Assembly: GCF_028368995.1 (NCBI RefSeq)
Contig: NZ_JAQNDL010000001.1
Location: forward strand, 4,352,001 to 4,416,000
Direction: 5' to 3'
Length of the DNA: 64,000 nucleotides
From: Nannocystis bainbridge
Lineage (GTDB): Bacteria; Myxococcota_A; Polyangia; Nannocystales; Nannocystaceae
A program made the position numbers and the translations under genes. Below are positions 1 through 12,372 of this stretch, in pieces (positions within the stretch are counted from its first letter, which is position 1; every line of letters begins with the position of its first letter). A model generated the notes under the pieces. That model ran no database searches. It was not told the DNA's origin and saw nothing but the letters and a program-made list of their open reading frames with translations.

Positions 1-676
1 CCTCCTGTCAAACGCCCGCCTGGCCGGCGGCCCGTCCGCAGCCCTGCGATCCCTCTCATGTCGCCGCGGTCCATCGCAAGTCGCTCCCGCGGCCGGCGCT
101 TTTGCCTCTTCAGTAGTGCATCTCACCAGATGGGCGTAGAACAGCGGCCCACGCCTCATCTGTTCAGTCCCCACACGGCGCCCGCGCTAGCTCCGCGACC
201 GCTCCGGCAGCGAGACGCGACTTTCAGTGCGGCCCTCTCGTCGGCTCCACAAGCCAACTTCCGCGCCCGGCTGCACGCAAAGCCGCTTGCCTGGAGAGCC
301 GCTTTACCACCCTCCCCCACAGCACCGGATTACGCTCCGCCAAGGGTGCGTGCCAGGGTCGACCTGGCTCCCGCGGCAGATCGATACCGCGCTGTTACCG
401 CGCGGCGCGCGCCTCCCTTCCCGAACGATCTTGGCCACTTACACTTTCCGGCCCCTCCACCCTTGCCCCTCGCTCCGAGCCCCGAGTAAAAGAGCCCTCC
501 CGCGTCGCCCGGCGCCGCGGCGGAACCTCAGCGACCGGAGCGACGGCGATAACGCCGGACAGTTGCTCCACGGTCACCCCCCAGACCGGACAGTCAGCCC
601 CTTGTCTCCGGCCCGGTAGGCCGAAATTCGGCCCCCGGGCCCTGAATTTTTCTCGCCGCCCCCGCGCGGCCCTTAA

Positions 677-775
677 AAATTCACAGATGTGGAGAATCGC
701 CGAACTCATTCGGCGATCTATCCGAGACTATTGGGCTTTTCACGCAATCCACAGGTCTTTTCAACCTGTGGACGG
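677..775. promoter_or_regulatory. DnaA-box cluster in the dnaA promoter region
   Basis: TGTGGAGAA 688-696 (1 mismatch to the reverse DnaA box), AAATTCACA 677-685, CAATCCACA 745-753 and TGTGGACGG 767-775; the last two form the inverted repeat TCCACAGG...CCTGTGGA. Confidence 0.6.
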
Positions 776-782
776 AGGCTTC

Positions 783-2168
783 ATGACCAATATCTGGAGC
801 GAGGCGATTCAAGGACTGCAGCCGCGGCTCGGCGCACAGACCTACGACCTCTGGATCCGGCCGCTCGAATTGCGCCAGGTTCAAGGACAGCGCCTTCTTC
901 TCACGGCTCCCAACCGGTTCATGAAGGAGTGGTTCGAGAACCACTACCGCGACGTCGTCCTCGCCGAGCTTCGCGCGCGCACAGCGCAGGATTACCACAT
1001 CGAGATCGATGTCTCGGCCACCGCCGAGGCCGCCCCCAACGCCGCTGCTGCCGGGCCCCAGGCGAGCCCGGAACCGCCGCCTCCGCCCCTGCCGCCCCTG
1101 CCCGCGCTGCCCCCGATCGGGTTGTCGAGTCGCTACCGCTTCTCCAACTTCATCAAGGGCAGCTCCAACGAGCTCGCCGCCTCCGCCGCCTGGTCGGCCG
1201 CGCAGGACCCCGGCGCCCGCTTCAACCCCTTCTTCATCTACGGCGGCGTCGGCCTCGGCAAGACCCACTTGCTGCACGCGATCGGCCACCACATCCACGT
1301 CCACCGGCCGCACCTCCGCATCGTCTATCAGAGCGCCGAGCGGTTCATGAACGAGTTCATCTCGGCCGTGCGCTTCAATCAGTTCGACCAGTTCCGGGCC
1401 CGCTACCGCGAGCAGTGCGATGTCCTGCTGATCGACGACATCCAATTCATCGCCGGCCGCGACCGCACGATGGACGAGTTCTTCCACGTCTTCAACGCCC
1501 TCTACGAGGCCGAGAAGCAGATCGTCGTCACCGCCGATCGCATGCCCTCCGAGATGCAGGGCATGGAAGACCGCCTGATCTCCCGCCTCAACTGGGGCCT
1601 CGTCGCCGACATCAAGGCCCCCGACCTCGAGACCCGCGTCGCCATCCTCAAGCAGAAGGCCGACGTCGATCGCATCGACCTGCCCGACGACGTCGCGCTC
1701 CACCTCGCCACCCACGTCCGCAGCAACGTGCGCGAGCTCGAGGGCTCGCTCGTCCGCGTCTCCACCTTCGCCGCGCTCAAGAACCAGCCGCTGAGCCGCG
1801 AGTTCGTGAGCGAGGCCCTCGGCATCTCGAGCGCTCCCGCGCAGCCGGCGCCCATCAGCATCGAGAACGTCCAGAAGGTCGTCGCCAGCCATTTCTCCGT
1901 CCGCATCGCCGACCTCAAGGGCCCCCGTCGGCACCAGGGCATCTCCCGCCCGCGGATGATCGCGATGTACCTCAGCCGGCAGCTCACCGGCGCCAGCTTC
2001 CCCGAGATCGGCCTGCGCTTCGGTGGCAAGGACCACTCGACCGTCATCAACGCCTGCAAGCGCATCGAGAGCATCCAGAGCGAGGACAGCGAGCTCCGCG
2101 AGACGGTCGCCGCCCTGCGTCAGCTCCTCGCCCACGAGCCGGTCCACGCCGCTCCGCTGCCGTCCTGA
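783..2168 (+). CDS. dnaA: Chromosomal replication initiator DnaA
   Basis: NPFFIYGGVGLGKTHL Walker A, LLIDDIQF Walker B, NVRELEG, GGKDHSTV domain IV; ATG 783 follows GGAGG. Confidence 0.99.
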   Translation: MTNIWSEAIQGLQPRLGAQTYDLWIRPLELRQVQGQRLLLTAPNRFMKEWFENHYRDVVLAELRARTAQDYHIEIDVSATAEAAPNAAAAGPQASPEPPPPPLPPLPALPPIGLSSRYRFSNFIKGSSNELAASAAWSAAQDPGARFNPFFIYGGVGLGKTHLLHAIGHHIHVHRPHLRIVYQSAERFMNEFISAVRFNQFDQFRARYREQCDVLLIDDIQFIAGRDRTMDEFFHVFNALYEAEKQIVVTADRMPSEMQGMEDRLISRLNWGLVADIKAPDLETRVAILKQKADVDRIDLPDDVALHLATHVRSNVRELEGSLVRVSTFAALKNQPLSREFVSEALGISSAPAQPAPISIENVQKVVASHFSVRIADLKGPRRHQGISRPRMIAMYLSRQLTGASFPEIGLRFGGKDHSTVINACKRIESIQSEDSELRETVAALRQLLAHEPVHAAPLPS

Positions 2169-2526
2169 TCGACGCCCCGACGAAGCTGCTGTGCTCCGCT
2201 CCGGCGACGCTTGGCCGTCGACCGGGGCGACGATCATGCTGCTGGCGGCCGCCGTCGTCCGGCGCCCTCACCGTCGAAGTGAGGCGACCAACCTCCGACT
2301 CGAGCGCCCAAGATTTTGGAGCCGCGGGTGAACGGTCTGCGACCTCGACCCTGCGTGATCGATCGGCCCGTGGCTCGGCACGCTCCCACCGGAAGCTGCC
2401 TGCGAGCCTCGCCACGACCTCGTCGCCCCGCCTGGCCGCGCCGACCCGAACGCCAGCACGGCCCGCTTCAGCGCGACCTCCTCGCCGTCACGCCAAGGCC
2501 GCCGGCATCGCCGCCGCCTCGACCTC

Positions 2527-2558
2527 AGCCGAGCCGCCCCGTGCGGCCCGGCTTTTTT
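2527..2558 (+). terminator. Intrinsic terminator after dnaA
   Basis: AGCCGAGCCGC-loop-GCGGCCCGGCT followed by a T run. Confidence 0.6.
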
Positions 2559-2574
2559 GCTTTCTCGGCCCCGG

Positions 2575-2810
2575 GTACACTTTCCACAACGACCTGTGGA
2601 GTAGCCTGCGAACTACCTGGGGACTCTTGCCTCGCCCCGGCGTCGGGGGTAACTCTGGCTTCTCTCCCCGCTCTTTCACCCCCGCCGTTTTCCTCGATCC
2701 GCCAATCATCTCGGACCGATCGCCGCCTCTGCCCCCGACTCACAGCGACGATCACGAGGACGAGCTTTTAAAATTGCCCTTTAACCCTTAACAGATCTAC
2801 AGCCCACATC
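2575..2810. other. Probable oriC (dnaA-dnaN intergenic)
   Basis: DnaA-box-like CTTTCCACA 2580-2588 and TGTGGAGTA 2595-2603, followed by degenerate CCTG.. repeats about 11-12 bp apart; AT-rich TTTTAAAATTGCCCTTTAACCCTTAACAGATCT 2766-2798 in a GC-rich background. Confidence 0.7.
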
Positions 2811-2824
2811 CTCCCGAGGCCTCG

Positions 2825-3928
2825 ATGGAATTCGAGATCGATCAAGCAAGGTTCCTCTCCGCACTCGCGCTCGCGCAGACCGTCGCCGACAAGCGCAGCA
2901 ACAACATGCCGATCCTGGCGAACGTCCTGCTGCGCACGACCAAGGACAACCGCCTCGTCTGCAGCGCGACCGACATGTTGATCTCGATCACCGAGAGCAT
3001 CCCCGTCGAGGTGAAGACCCCGGGAGCGCTCACCCTCGGCGTTCGCTCCCTTCACAGCGTCGTCCGCACCCTGCCGAACAAGCCGATCCGGGTGAAGTCG
3101 GCCGAGAACCACTGGGCCGAGCTGGCGGTCGCGCGCAGCTCTTTCAAGCTCATGGGGCAGGTCCACACCGACTTCCCCGAGCTGCCCGACACCAAGGGTC
3201 AGCGCTTCATCACCATCCCCGGCCACGCCTTCTCGGACCTGATCCAGAAGACCCAGTTCAGCGTGTCAACCGACGAAGCGCGGGTCAACCTCAACGGCGT
3301 CCTCTTCGAGTGTGACGGCGTCACCGGCACCATGGTGTCGACCGACGGCCACCGCCTCACCAAGTACAGCCTCCCGCTCGCCGGCCCCAAGCTCGAGCGC
3401 GGCATCATCATCCCGCGCAAGGGCATGATGGAGATCAAGCGCGTCCTCGACCGCGTCCAGGGCGAGGTCGGCCTCGCCGTCGACGGCCAGCACATCTTCG
3501 TCCAGGCCGCCGACCTCACCCTCTCGGTCAAGCTCAACAACGTCGTCTTCCCGCCCTACGAGAAGGTCATCCCGGGCGAGCACAAGCGGCGCGTCACGGC
3601 GGCCCGTGACGAGCTCACCGACGCCCTCAAGCGGGCCGAGGTCATGGCCCCCGAAAAGACCGCCACCGTGCGCGTCCAGCTCGACAAGGGCACCTTGCAC
3701 CTCACCGCCGACAACCCCGACCTCGGCGTCGCCCATCAGGAGCTCGAGATCGACTTCGAGGGCGAGCCGCTGGTCGCCGGGTTCAACGCTCGCTACTTGA
3801 TTGAGGTCCTCGAGGCCATCGACGCCAAGGAGGTCCACCTCGACTTCCAGGGCGAGCTCGACCCCTGCGTCGTCCGTCCGGTCGGCGACGTCGACCTCCT
3901 AGGCGTCGTCATGCCGATGCGCATCTGA
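2825..3928 (+). CDS. dnaN: DNA polymerase III beta sliding clamp
   Basis: STDGHRL, FNARYL, C-terminal VVMPMRI; position after dnaA. Confidence 0.99.
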   Translation: MEFEIDQARFLSALALAQTVADKRSNNMPILANVLLRTTKDNRLVCSATDMLISITESIPVEVKTPGALTLGVRSLHSVVRTLPNKPIRVKSAENHWAELAVARSSFKLMGQVHTDFPELPDTKGQRFITIPGHAFSDLIQKTQFSVSTDEARVNLNGVLFECDGVTGTMVSTDGHRLTKYSLPLAGPKLERGIIIPRKGMMEIKRVLDRVQGEVGLAVDGQHIFVQAADLTLSVKLNNVVFPPYEKVIPGEHKRRVTAARDELTDALKRAEVMAPEKTATVRVQLDKGTLHLTADNPDLGVAHQELEIDFEGEPLVAGFNARYLIEVLEAIDAKEVHLDFQGELDPCVVRPVGDVDLLGVVMPMRI

Positions 3929-3943
3929 CCTTCGGGACAGGTC
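3924..3943. repeat. Single unit of the 14-bp palindromic repeat family
   Basis: TGACCTTCGGGACA 3926-3939, overlapping the dnaN stop codon. Confidence 0.55.
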
Positions 3944-3956
3944 TCGGTACCCGCGC

Positions 3957-5114
3957 GTGCTGCTGCAACACCTGAGTCTCCGCGAGTTCCGCAACTTCGC
4001 CGCGGGCGACCTCGACTTCGGCGCCCGCTTCACCGTCCTGCACGGCCCCAACGGGGTCGGCAAGACCAACATCCTCGAGGCGCTCTACCTGGTCGCCACC
4101 TTGCGCTCGTTTCGCTCGGCCGACCTCGGCCCGCTCGTGCGCCACGGCGCCGCCGAGGCCCGGGTCGAGGTCAGCGGCCACGACCGCCAGCTCGACCTCG
4201 GCACCCGCCTCGCCGTCCACCTCGCCCGCACCGCCCGCCAGACGCGCCGACTCGCCATCGCCGACGGCAAGACCGTGCGCTCCGGCCCCGACTTCTACGG
4301 CCGCCTGCGCGCCATTCTCTTCACCCCCGAGGACCTCGGCGTCCTGCGCGGTTCACCGACCGGGCGGCGCCAATTTCTCGATCGGGCTCTGTTCGCGCGC
4401 GATCGCGCCCACATCGCCGACATCGCCGACTACGACAAGCTCCTGCGCTCGCGGAACCGCGTCCTGCGGGGCGAGGACGCCGGCATCGCCCGCGGGCAGC
4501 AGGACGGCCTCCTCGACGCCTACGACGCCGGCCTGGCCGCCGCAGGGGCCCGCATATGGGTCCGCCGCGAGCGGCTGCTCACCGACCTGCGCGGCGCCTT
4601 TGCCGAGGCCTTCGCCCAGATCCACGGCCGCCACCTCGGCGTCACCCTGGAGTACCTCAGCAAGCTCGCCGGTGAGCCCGGGGTGGCTGCGGCCGACCCG
4701 CAGGCGCGCCTCGCCGACGCCTTGCGCGGCGCGCGGCGGCACGACCTCGTGCGTGGCACCACCACCGTCGGCCCGCACCGCGACGACTTCGAGGTGCGGC
4801 TCGACGGCCAGGACGCGGGCGCCTTCGCCTCGCAGGGTCAGGCTCGCGCGCTCATCCTCGCCTTCAAGATCGCCGAGCTGCAGGACGCCCGCGCCCGCGC
4901 TGGAGAGGCTCCTGTCCTGCTGCTCGACGACGTCTCGAGCGAACTCGACCCACAGCGCTCCGCCCAGCTGTTCGAGGCGCTTTTGCGCGAGGCTGGCCAG
5001 TGTGTCCTCACGACCACTGCCCCGCACTTCATCGGCCTGCCGGCGGGCGCCGATTGCCGCTACATCGAAGTCGACAAGGGTCACATCAAACTCGGCGGCG
5101 ACAGCGGCCCGTAA
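3957..5114 (+). CDS. recF: DNA replication/repair protein RecF
   Basis: GPNGVGKTN, GPHRDD, SQGQ, LLLDDVSSELD motifs; GTG start. Confidence 0.98.
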   Translation: MLLQHLSLREFRNFAAGDLDFGARFTVLHGPNGVGKTNILEALYLVATLRSFRSADLGPLVRHGAAEARVEVSGHDRQLDLGTRLAVHLARTARQTRRLAIADGKTVRSGPDFYGRLRAILFTPEDLGVLRGSPTGRRQFLDRALFARDRAHIADIADYDKLLRSRNRVLRGEDAGIARGQQDGLLDAYDAGLAAAGARIWVRRERLLTDLRGAFAEAFAQIHGRHLGVTLEYLSKLAGEPGVAAADPQARLADALRGARRHDLVRGTTTVGPHRDDFEVRLDGQDAGAFASQGQARALILAFKIAELQDARARAGEAPVLLLDDVSSELDPQRSAQLFEALLREAGQCVLTTTAPHFIGLPAGADCRYIEVDKGHIKLGGDSGP

Positions 5115-5175
5115 CCGGCTCAAAACCCGGAAAAACGCCCGTTTGGGCGTGGCACGCGCGACCTTCGGGTGGTAG

Positions 5176-7704
<2,529 letters not shown>

Positions 7705-7715
7705 GGTCGCCCTCT

Positions 7716-7827
7716 CGGGCATGTCCGAAAGGACATGCCCGAAAGAGCGAAAGACAAAGGACATGCCCGAAAGGACATGTCCTTTCGTCGTCATGGACGC
7801 CGACGATCGGCTGTCCCGAAGGCCAGC
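7716..7827. repeat. 14-bp-phased palindromic repeat array
   Basis: CATG at 7720, 7734, 7762, 7776; units TGTCCGAAAGGACA and TGCCCGAAAGGACA; extra unit at 7812-7825. Confidence 0.85.
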
Positions 7828-7831
7828 CGGA

Positions 7832-8308
7832 TCAGCCCGGCGCCTTCTCCCACGCCACCTTGTCCCCGCAGTGGAGCATCATCATCCCGTGGTACGGGTT
7901 GACGATCTCGCCCGTCTTCTGGACCCAGTAGGCGCCCTTGTTGTTGAAGGCCATCGGACAGAAGACGACCTCGTAGCCGGCGCGCTGGTCGCTGTGCTGC
8001 TTGAGGTACGCGATGAGGCCCATGCTCATCTTCTCGAAGCCCGCGCGGGCGGTGTCGATGTCCTTCGCGGCGACGCGGCCTGCGCCGGCGACGACCTCGG
8101 GGATGCCCGCCTCTTTTTGCAGCGGCTCCGCGGTGACCACCACCTGCGCCGAAAGCTCGGGCAGCTGGTCGAGGCGGTCGTTCGCCAGCGTCTCCTGGAT
8201 CGCCACGTAGGGCTCCACGATCGTCGTCGGCGCCGCCGGGGCGGGCTTGCCGGCCTCGCTGCTACAGGCCACGGCGGCAGTGAACAGGAGCAGGATGCGC
8301 CTCGGCAC
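7832..8308 (-). CDS. DUF3347-like metal-binding lipoprotein
   Basis: Lipobox AVAC; FCPMAFNNKGAYWVQ...NPYHGMMMLHCG motif typical of DUF3347 domains; GTG start inferred. Confidence 0.8.
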   Translation of the reverse strand: MPRRILLLFTAAVACSSEAGKPAPAAPTTIVEPYVAIQETLANDRLDQLPELSAQVVVTAEPLQKEAGIPEVVAGAGRVAAKDIDTARAGFEKMSMGLIAYLKQHSDQRAGYEVVFCPMAFNNKGAYWVQKTGEIVNPYHGMMMLHCGDKVAWEKAPG

Positions 8309-8358
8309 GTTACCGGCGTACCACATGCGTGGACCTTGCGGTAGAGTCCGGCCGGCTC

Positions 8359-10122
8359 ATGCTCGCGCCCGTCCTCCTCCTCTGGCTCGCACCGGCGCCG
8401 CCGGAGACGGCCTCCAGCGCACGTTTACCGGAAGAGGTCCCGCTCGCAAGCGAACCCGCCGGCGGCCGCTCCGCCGAGTCGCCGGACGCGGGCGGCGGCG
8501 AAGCACCGAGCGGCGAGCCGAGCAAGCCCGCGGCGAGCGGTGGTGGTTTCTTCGCCGGCGACGTCGTCCCGGCAACGCCTGCGCCAGGACCCGCGAGCGA
8601 GGGTCCGAGCCAGGCCCCGCCGATGCCGGAGATCGAGGAGCTCCCCTCGCGCTCGCCTCAGCCCGCCAAGAAACCTGGCATCGCGGCCCTGTTCGGGCCC
8701 AAGGATCGCAAGCCGATCAGCGGCGGCGGCGTCGGCTTCTTCGACCCCGGCAAGCTCGACGACACCGGCCCGGGCGGCGGTGGCGGCATCCAGATCCGCG
8801 GCTATCTCGGCTTCAACTTCACCGTCGCCCAGCGGACCGACCTCAGCGCGCGCGACCCCGAGACCGGCACCTTCCCGCGGCTCAAGACCTTGCCGTACTT
8901 CGGCGGCGGCGCGGCCAACCTCTACGTCGGCGCCCCGATCTACAGCGACGTCGTCTACGCCCGCATCGCCTTCGAGTTCATCTCGATCCCGCGCGCCAGC
9001 CCCGTCGCGCCGGACGTCACCCCGAACTACGCCCCGATCGTGCTCATGGAGGCCGCGGTGCTCGAGGTGAACCCGTTCGCGTGGGCCAAGAAGGGCCCGC
9101 GATGGTTCGCCGAGGGCTTCAAGATCTCGGGCGGCGTCTTCATCGTCCCGTTCGGCCTCGAGGACGAGGAGCACGACGCCCCGGTGCGCTGGTGGGTCAC
9201 GCGGCCGCTGGCGATGAGCAGCGGACGCGTCTATCCCGGCTCGTGGATCGACATGGGCGTCACCATCAAGTGGAAGCCGACCTTCGGCGGCGCTCGCCCG
9301 ATCCGCCCGCTCGAGATCGACCTCGGCGTCGTCAACGGCGACGCCTGCACGCAGACCCGCACGATGGACGCGCTCTATCGCTATCAGCCGGTGGGTCAGT
9401 CGGTGCCGCCGTGTGAACGGCAGCTGCGCGAGGTCGAGGTCCCGCGGGGTGATGGGTTTGTCCTCGGCATCACGCCCGACAACAACGGCAACAAGTCGCT
9501 GCTCGCTCGCCTGCAGATCCGTCCGGTGCCGGCGCTCAACTTCGGCGGCTCGTACATCTGGGGCACGCACCCGCAGAGTCAGTTTCCCTCGCCGCAGTAC
9601 ATGGGCAAGGGCTATCCCGACACCGTGCAGGCGCCGACCTGGCGCGTCGGTGGGCACCTCGACCTCAACCTCGACGAGGTCGTCGCCAGCCGCTTCCCCT
9701 TGCCGCACCTGCGCGGTGAGGTCGTGTACGGCGTCGACAGCGTCGGCAGGGCCCAGGCGATGATGCTCGGCGATCAAGCGCTCGCCGACCGCCGCATGCT
9801 CGGCGGCTACGCCCAGATCGCGCAGCCGCTGTGGCGGCGCAAGAAGACGCGGCTTCCTGGCCTCATCGTGCAATACCGGTTCGACTTCGCCGACCCCGAC
9901 CGCAACGTCCCGGGCCGCACCAAGAATGGCGTCGTCCTGTCCGACTTCGCCGACCGCTACCTGTTCGACGAGGCGTTGCAGGCGCACGTGGTCGGCATGC
10001 GCTTCCCGGTGCTGCCGCGCTTCAACCTCAAGGGCGAATACATGTTCGTGCGCGAAGAAGGCGGGCGCAGCAACCGCGTGTTCAACGACGCCTTCAGCCT
10101 GCAAGCCGTGGCCGACTTCTAG
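8359..10122 (+). CDS. Putative outer-membrane beta-barrel (porin-like) protein
   Basis: Signal peptide, Pro-rich linker, amphipathic strands, G-x-FIVPFG, DNNGNKSLLAR motif, C-terminal LQAVADF. Confidence 0.75.
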   Translation: MLAPVLLLWLAPAPPETASSARLPEEVPLASEPAGGRSAESPDAGGGEAPSGEPSKPAASGGGFFAGDVVPATPAPGPASEGPSQAPPMPEIEELPSRSPQPAKKPGIAALFGPKDRKPISGGGVGFFDPGKLDDTGPGGGGGIQIRGYLGFNFTVAQRTDLSARDPETGTFPRLKTLPYFGGGAANLYVGAPIYSDVVYARIAFEFISIPRASPVAPDVTPNYAPIVLMEAAVLEVNPFAWAKKGPRWFAEGFKISGGVFIVPFGLEDEEHDAPVRWWVTRPLAMSSGRVYPGSWIDMGVTIKWKPTFGGARPIRPLEIDLGVVNGDACTQTRTMDALYRYQPVGQSVPPCERQLREVEVPRGDGFVLGITPDNNGNKSLLARLQIRPVPALNFGGSYIWGTHPQSQFPSPQYMGKGYPDTVQAPTWRVGGHLDLNLDEVVASRFPLPHLRGEVVYGVDSVGRAQAMMLGDQALADRRMLGGYAQIAQPLWRRKKTRLPGLIVQYRFDFADPDRNVPGRTKNGVVLSDFADRYLFDEALQAHVVGMRFPVLPRFNLKGEYMFVREEGGRSNRVFNDAFSLQAVADF

Positions 10123-10253
10123 CGCCGCGGGCGCCCGTGCGAGCCCGCACAGGGGCCCCGGTGCAGCGGTTCGGTTCGCTGAAGCTTTTCGGGCGCCTTG
10201 ACGTCCCGCCCATCACGCGGGGATGCTTCACCTTGAAGCCCCGCAGGACGCCC

Positions 10254-10868
10254 ATGACCCGCCTTCCACGCTTCGTCGCCAAGGTCTGTTTGGGACTGCT
10301 CTTCTGCCTCTCGCTCGCGCCGCAGCAGTCCGAGGCGCACCTGGCGAAGTGGGGCAGCTGGGAAATCACCCACCGGAACTTGATGAAGTTGTTCCCGGAG
10401 GCGGAGCCCAACGGCTGGCGGATCAAGCGTTATCAGTACTCGGACAGCGAAGTGAAGCAGCTCGAGGCCGAGCTGGGCTTCGAGCTCTACCCCGAGGACA
10501 AGCAGCCCGAGTTCTTCATCGCCTCGGACGCGCAGGGCAAGTTCCTCGGCGTCGCCATCTTCATCGACCCGCGCACCAAGCCGAAGATCCTCGATGGCGG
10601 CATTTTGACTCTCGAAGTCGGGATCGGTGTCAACGCCGAGGGCAAGATCAACCGCATCAAGGTCTACGACTACCGCGGCAACCTCGCCCTCGCTCAGGAC
10701 GCGTTCCTCAACCAGCTCCGCGGCCGCGAGCTGAACTCCAACTTCAAGATGGGCACCGGCGGCCTCGTCGCCGTGTCCGGCGAGCCCGAAGAGAGCCAGC
10801 TGGTCGGCAACGCCGCCCGCGAGGCGCTGCTGCTGATGAAGGTCGCGCTGGGGCGGCGCGACGGCTGA
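10254..10868 (+). CDS. Exported FMN-binding-domain-like protein
   Basis: Signal peptide ending SEA|H; VGIGVNAEGKINRIKVYDYRG...FLNQLRG pattern of FMN_bind family; canonical SGAT replaced by SGEP. Confidence 0.7.
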   Translation: MTRLPRFVAKVCLGLLFCLSLAPQQSEAHLAKWGSWEITHRNLMKLFPEAEPNGWRIKRYQYSDSEVKQLEAELGFELYPEDKQPEFFIASDAQGKFLGVAIFIDPRTKPKILDGGILTLEVGIGVNAEGKINRIKVYDYRGNLALAQDAFLNQLRGRELNSNFKMGTGGLVAVSGEPEESQLVGNAAREALLLMKVALGRRDG

Positions 10869-10902
10869 ACCGCTGCGCTCGACTGTGCTAGCGTGTCGGG
10901 CG

Positions 10903-12372
10903 ATGGCATCGTCCCGCGCGCTCCGTCTCCGCAGCCTCGGCCTCGTGCTCTGCTCGACGAGCTCCGTGCTGACGACCGGATGCCTCGAGGAAAACCCGAT
11001 CGAGCCGACCGACTCGCAGGGCACCGACGATCCTACCGCGGCCACCGGTGATACCACTGCTGGCGCCGAGGACGGCCTGCTCGCCTGCGCCGCCCCGCCC
11101 TGCACCGTGCTGGTCGTCAGTCAGACCCTCGACGATCGCATCGACATCTACGACGTCACCGCCACCCCGTTCTTGCGCGGACGGATCGGCACCGACCTCA
11201 AGCCCGACCCCTCCGGCGAGCAGACCCAGGGCAACCTGCTCGACGAGCCCTACGGCCTCATCCTCGACGACAACTATCTCTGGGCCGCGATCGGTCACTA
11301 CCCCGACACCGACCGCGGCTCGCTGCTGGCCTTTCCCCACGCGGCCTTCGCCGACGTCACCCAGGGCGGGACGTTCGCCGAGTCGCAGTACTTCGCGGCC
11401 AGCAAGTTCTCGGCCGGCGTGCTCGACCTGCCCTTCGGACGGCAGGAGGCCATCTTCCTCGTGCCGCACCCGAGCGGCCGGATCCTCGTCGGCGTGTTCG
11501 CCAACGACCTCCGCGCCGCCAGCTGGCCCGAGCCGAGCGAGCTGCTCGTCGTCGACCCGGCCGACCTGCGCCCCGAGGCCATCGGCGCGTTCAGCCTCGA
11601 CCTCGACACCACCCCGTGCAACGGCGGCTGGAAGCTCACCGCCCTCGACGACGATGTCTCGCGCGTCGCGGTCGCCTGCGACGGCAACGACGCGATCGCG
11701 GTGGTCAGCCTGCCCGGTGATTTCGCCGAACTCGCCCCGGCCGACGCCGCCGCGGGCATGAGCGCCTGCAGCACGCCGCTGGCGAGCGGCACGATCAGCA
11801 CCCAGTTCGTCGCCCCCGACGGCGCCGGCGGCCTGCTCGCCGTGCAGTCGCAGATCCTCGAGCCGCCCCGGCTGTGGAGCATCAACGGCAACTGTGGGAT
11901 CGGCGGCGCCCCTGGCGACGAGCTCCCGCCCGAGCTCGCCGCCGTCCGCGTCGTCCGCGAGCCGGTCCTGCTGCGCCCCGCCAGCGGTGGCCAGCCGGCG
12001 ATGTGGCTGCTCGCCAGCGAGACGCCAGCGCCGGGCGTGCTGATCGTGCGCGGTGGCGGTTCGCCGACGGTGTGCGGCCAGGTCAGCGGCCTCGATGCGA
12101 TCGACACCGCGGAGAACGCCCCGTTCGCGCTCACGCTCGACGCCACGCGCACGCGCCTGGCGATCGGCGCCGGCCCCGTCAGCAACCCACCGTTCGCCGA
12201 GGGGCGCGGCCAGGTGCTGTGGGCGACCCTCGACGTCTCGGAGCTCGACAGCTGCGCGGTCGCGGCCACCGACGTGGTCGACCTGACCGAAGGGACATTC
12301 GTGGCGACCGACCCGCGCACCTGGGTGCGCGCGCCGAACCTGCTGCACATCGCCGAGCTCGGAGGCTCGTGA
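10903..12372 (+). CDS. Lipoprotein, probable beta-propeller
   Basis: Lipobox TTGC, T/D/G linker, repeated beta-rich blades with Cys pairs. Confidence 0.75.
   Translation: MASSRALRLRSLGLVLCSTSSVLTTGCLEENPIEPTDSQGTDDPTAATGDTTAGAEDGLLACAAPPCTVLVVSQTLDDRIDIYDVTATPFLRGRIGTDLKPDPSGEQTQGNLLDEPYGLILDDNYLWAAIGHYPDTDRGSLLAFPHAAFADVTQGGTFAESQYFAASKFSAGVLDLPFGRQEAIFLVPHPSGRILVGVFANDLRAASWPEPSELLVVDPADLRPEAIGAFSLDLDTTPCNGGWKLTALDDDVSRVAVACDGNDAIAVVSLPGDFAELAPADAAAGMSACSTPLASGTISTQFVAPDGAGGLLAVQSQILEPPRLWSINGNCGIGGAPGDELPPELAAVRVVREPVLLRPASGGQPAMWLLASETPAPGVLIVRGGGSPTVCGQVSGLDAIDTAENAPFALTLDATRTRLAIGAGPVSNPPFAEGRGQVLWATLDVSELDSCAVAATDVVDLTEGTFVATDPRTWVRAPNLLHIAELGGS

Noticed and set aside
58-709. ORFs upstream of dnaA
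   Set aside because: Low-complexity R/P/A translations with no codon bias or motifs; likely non-coding.
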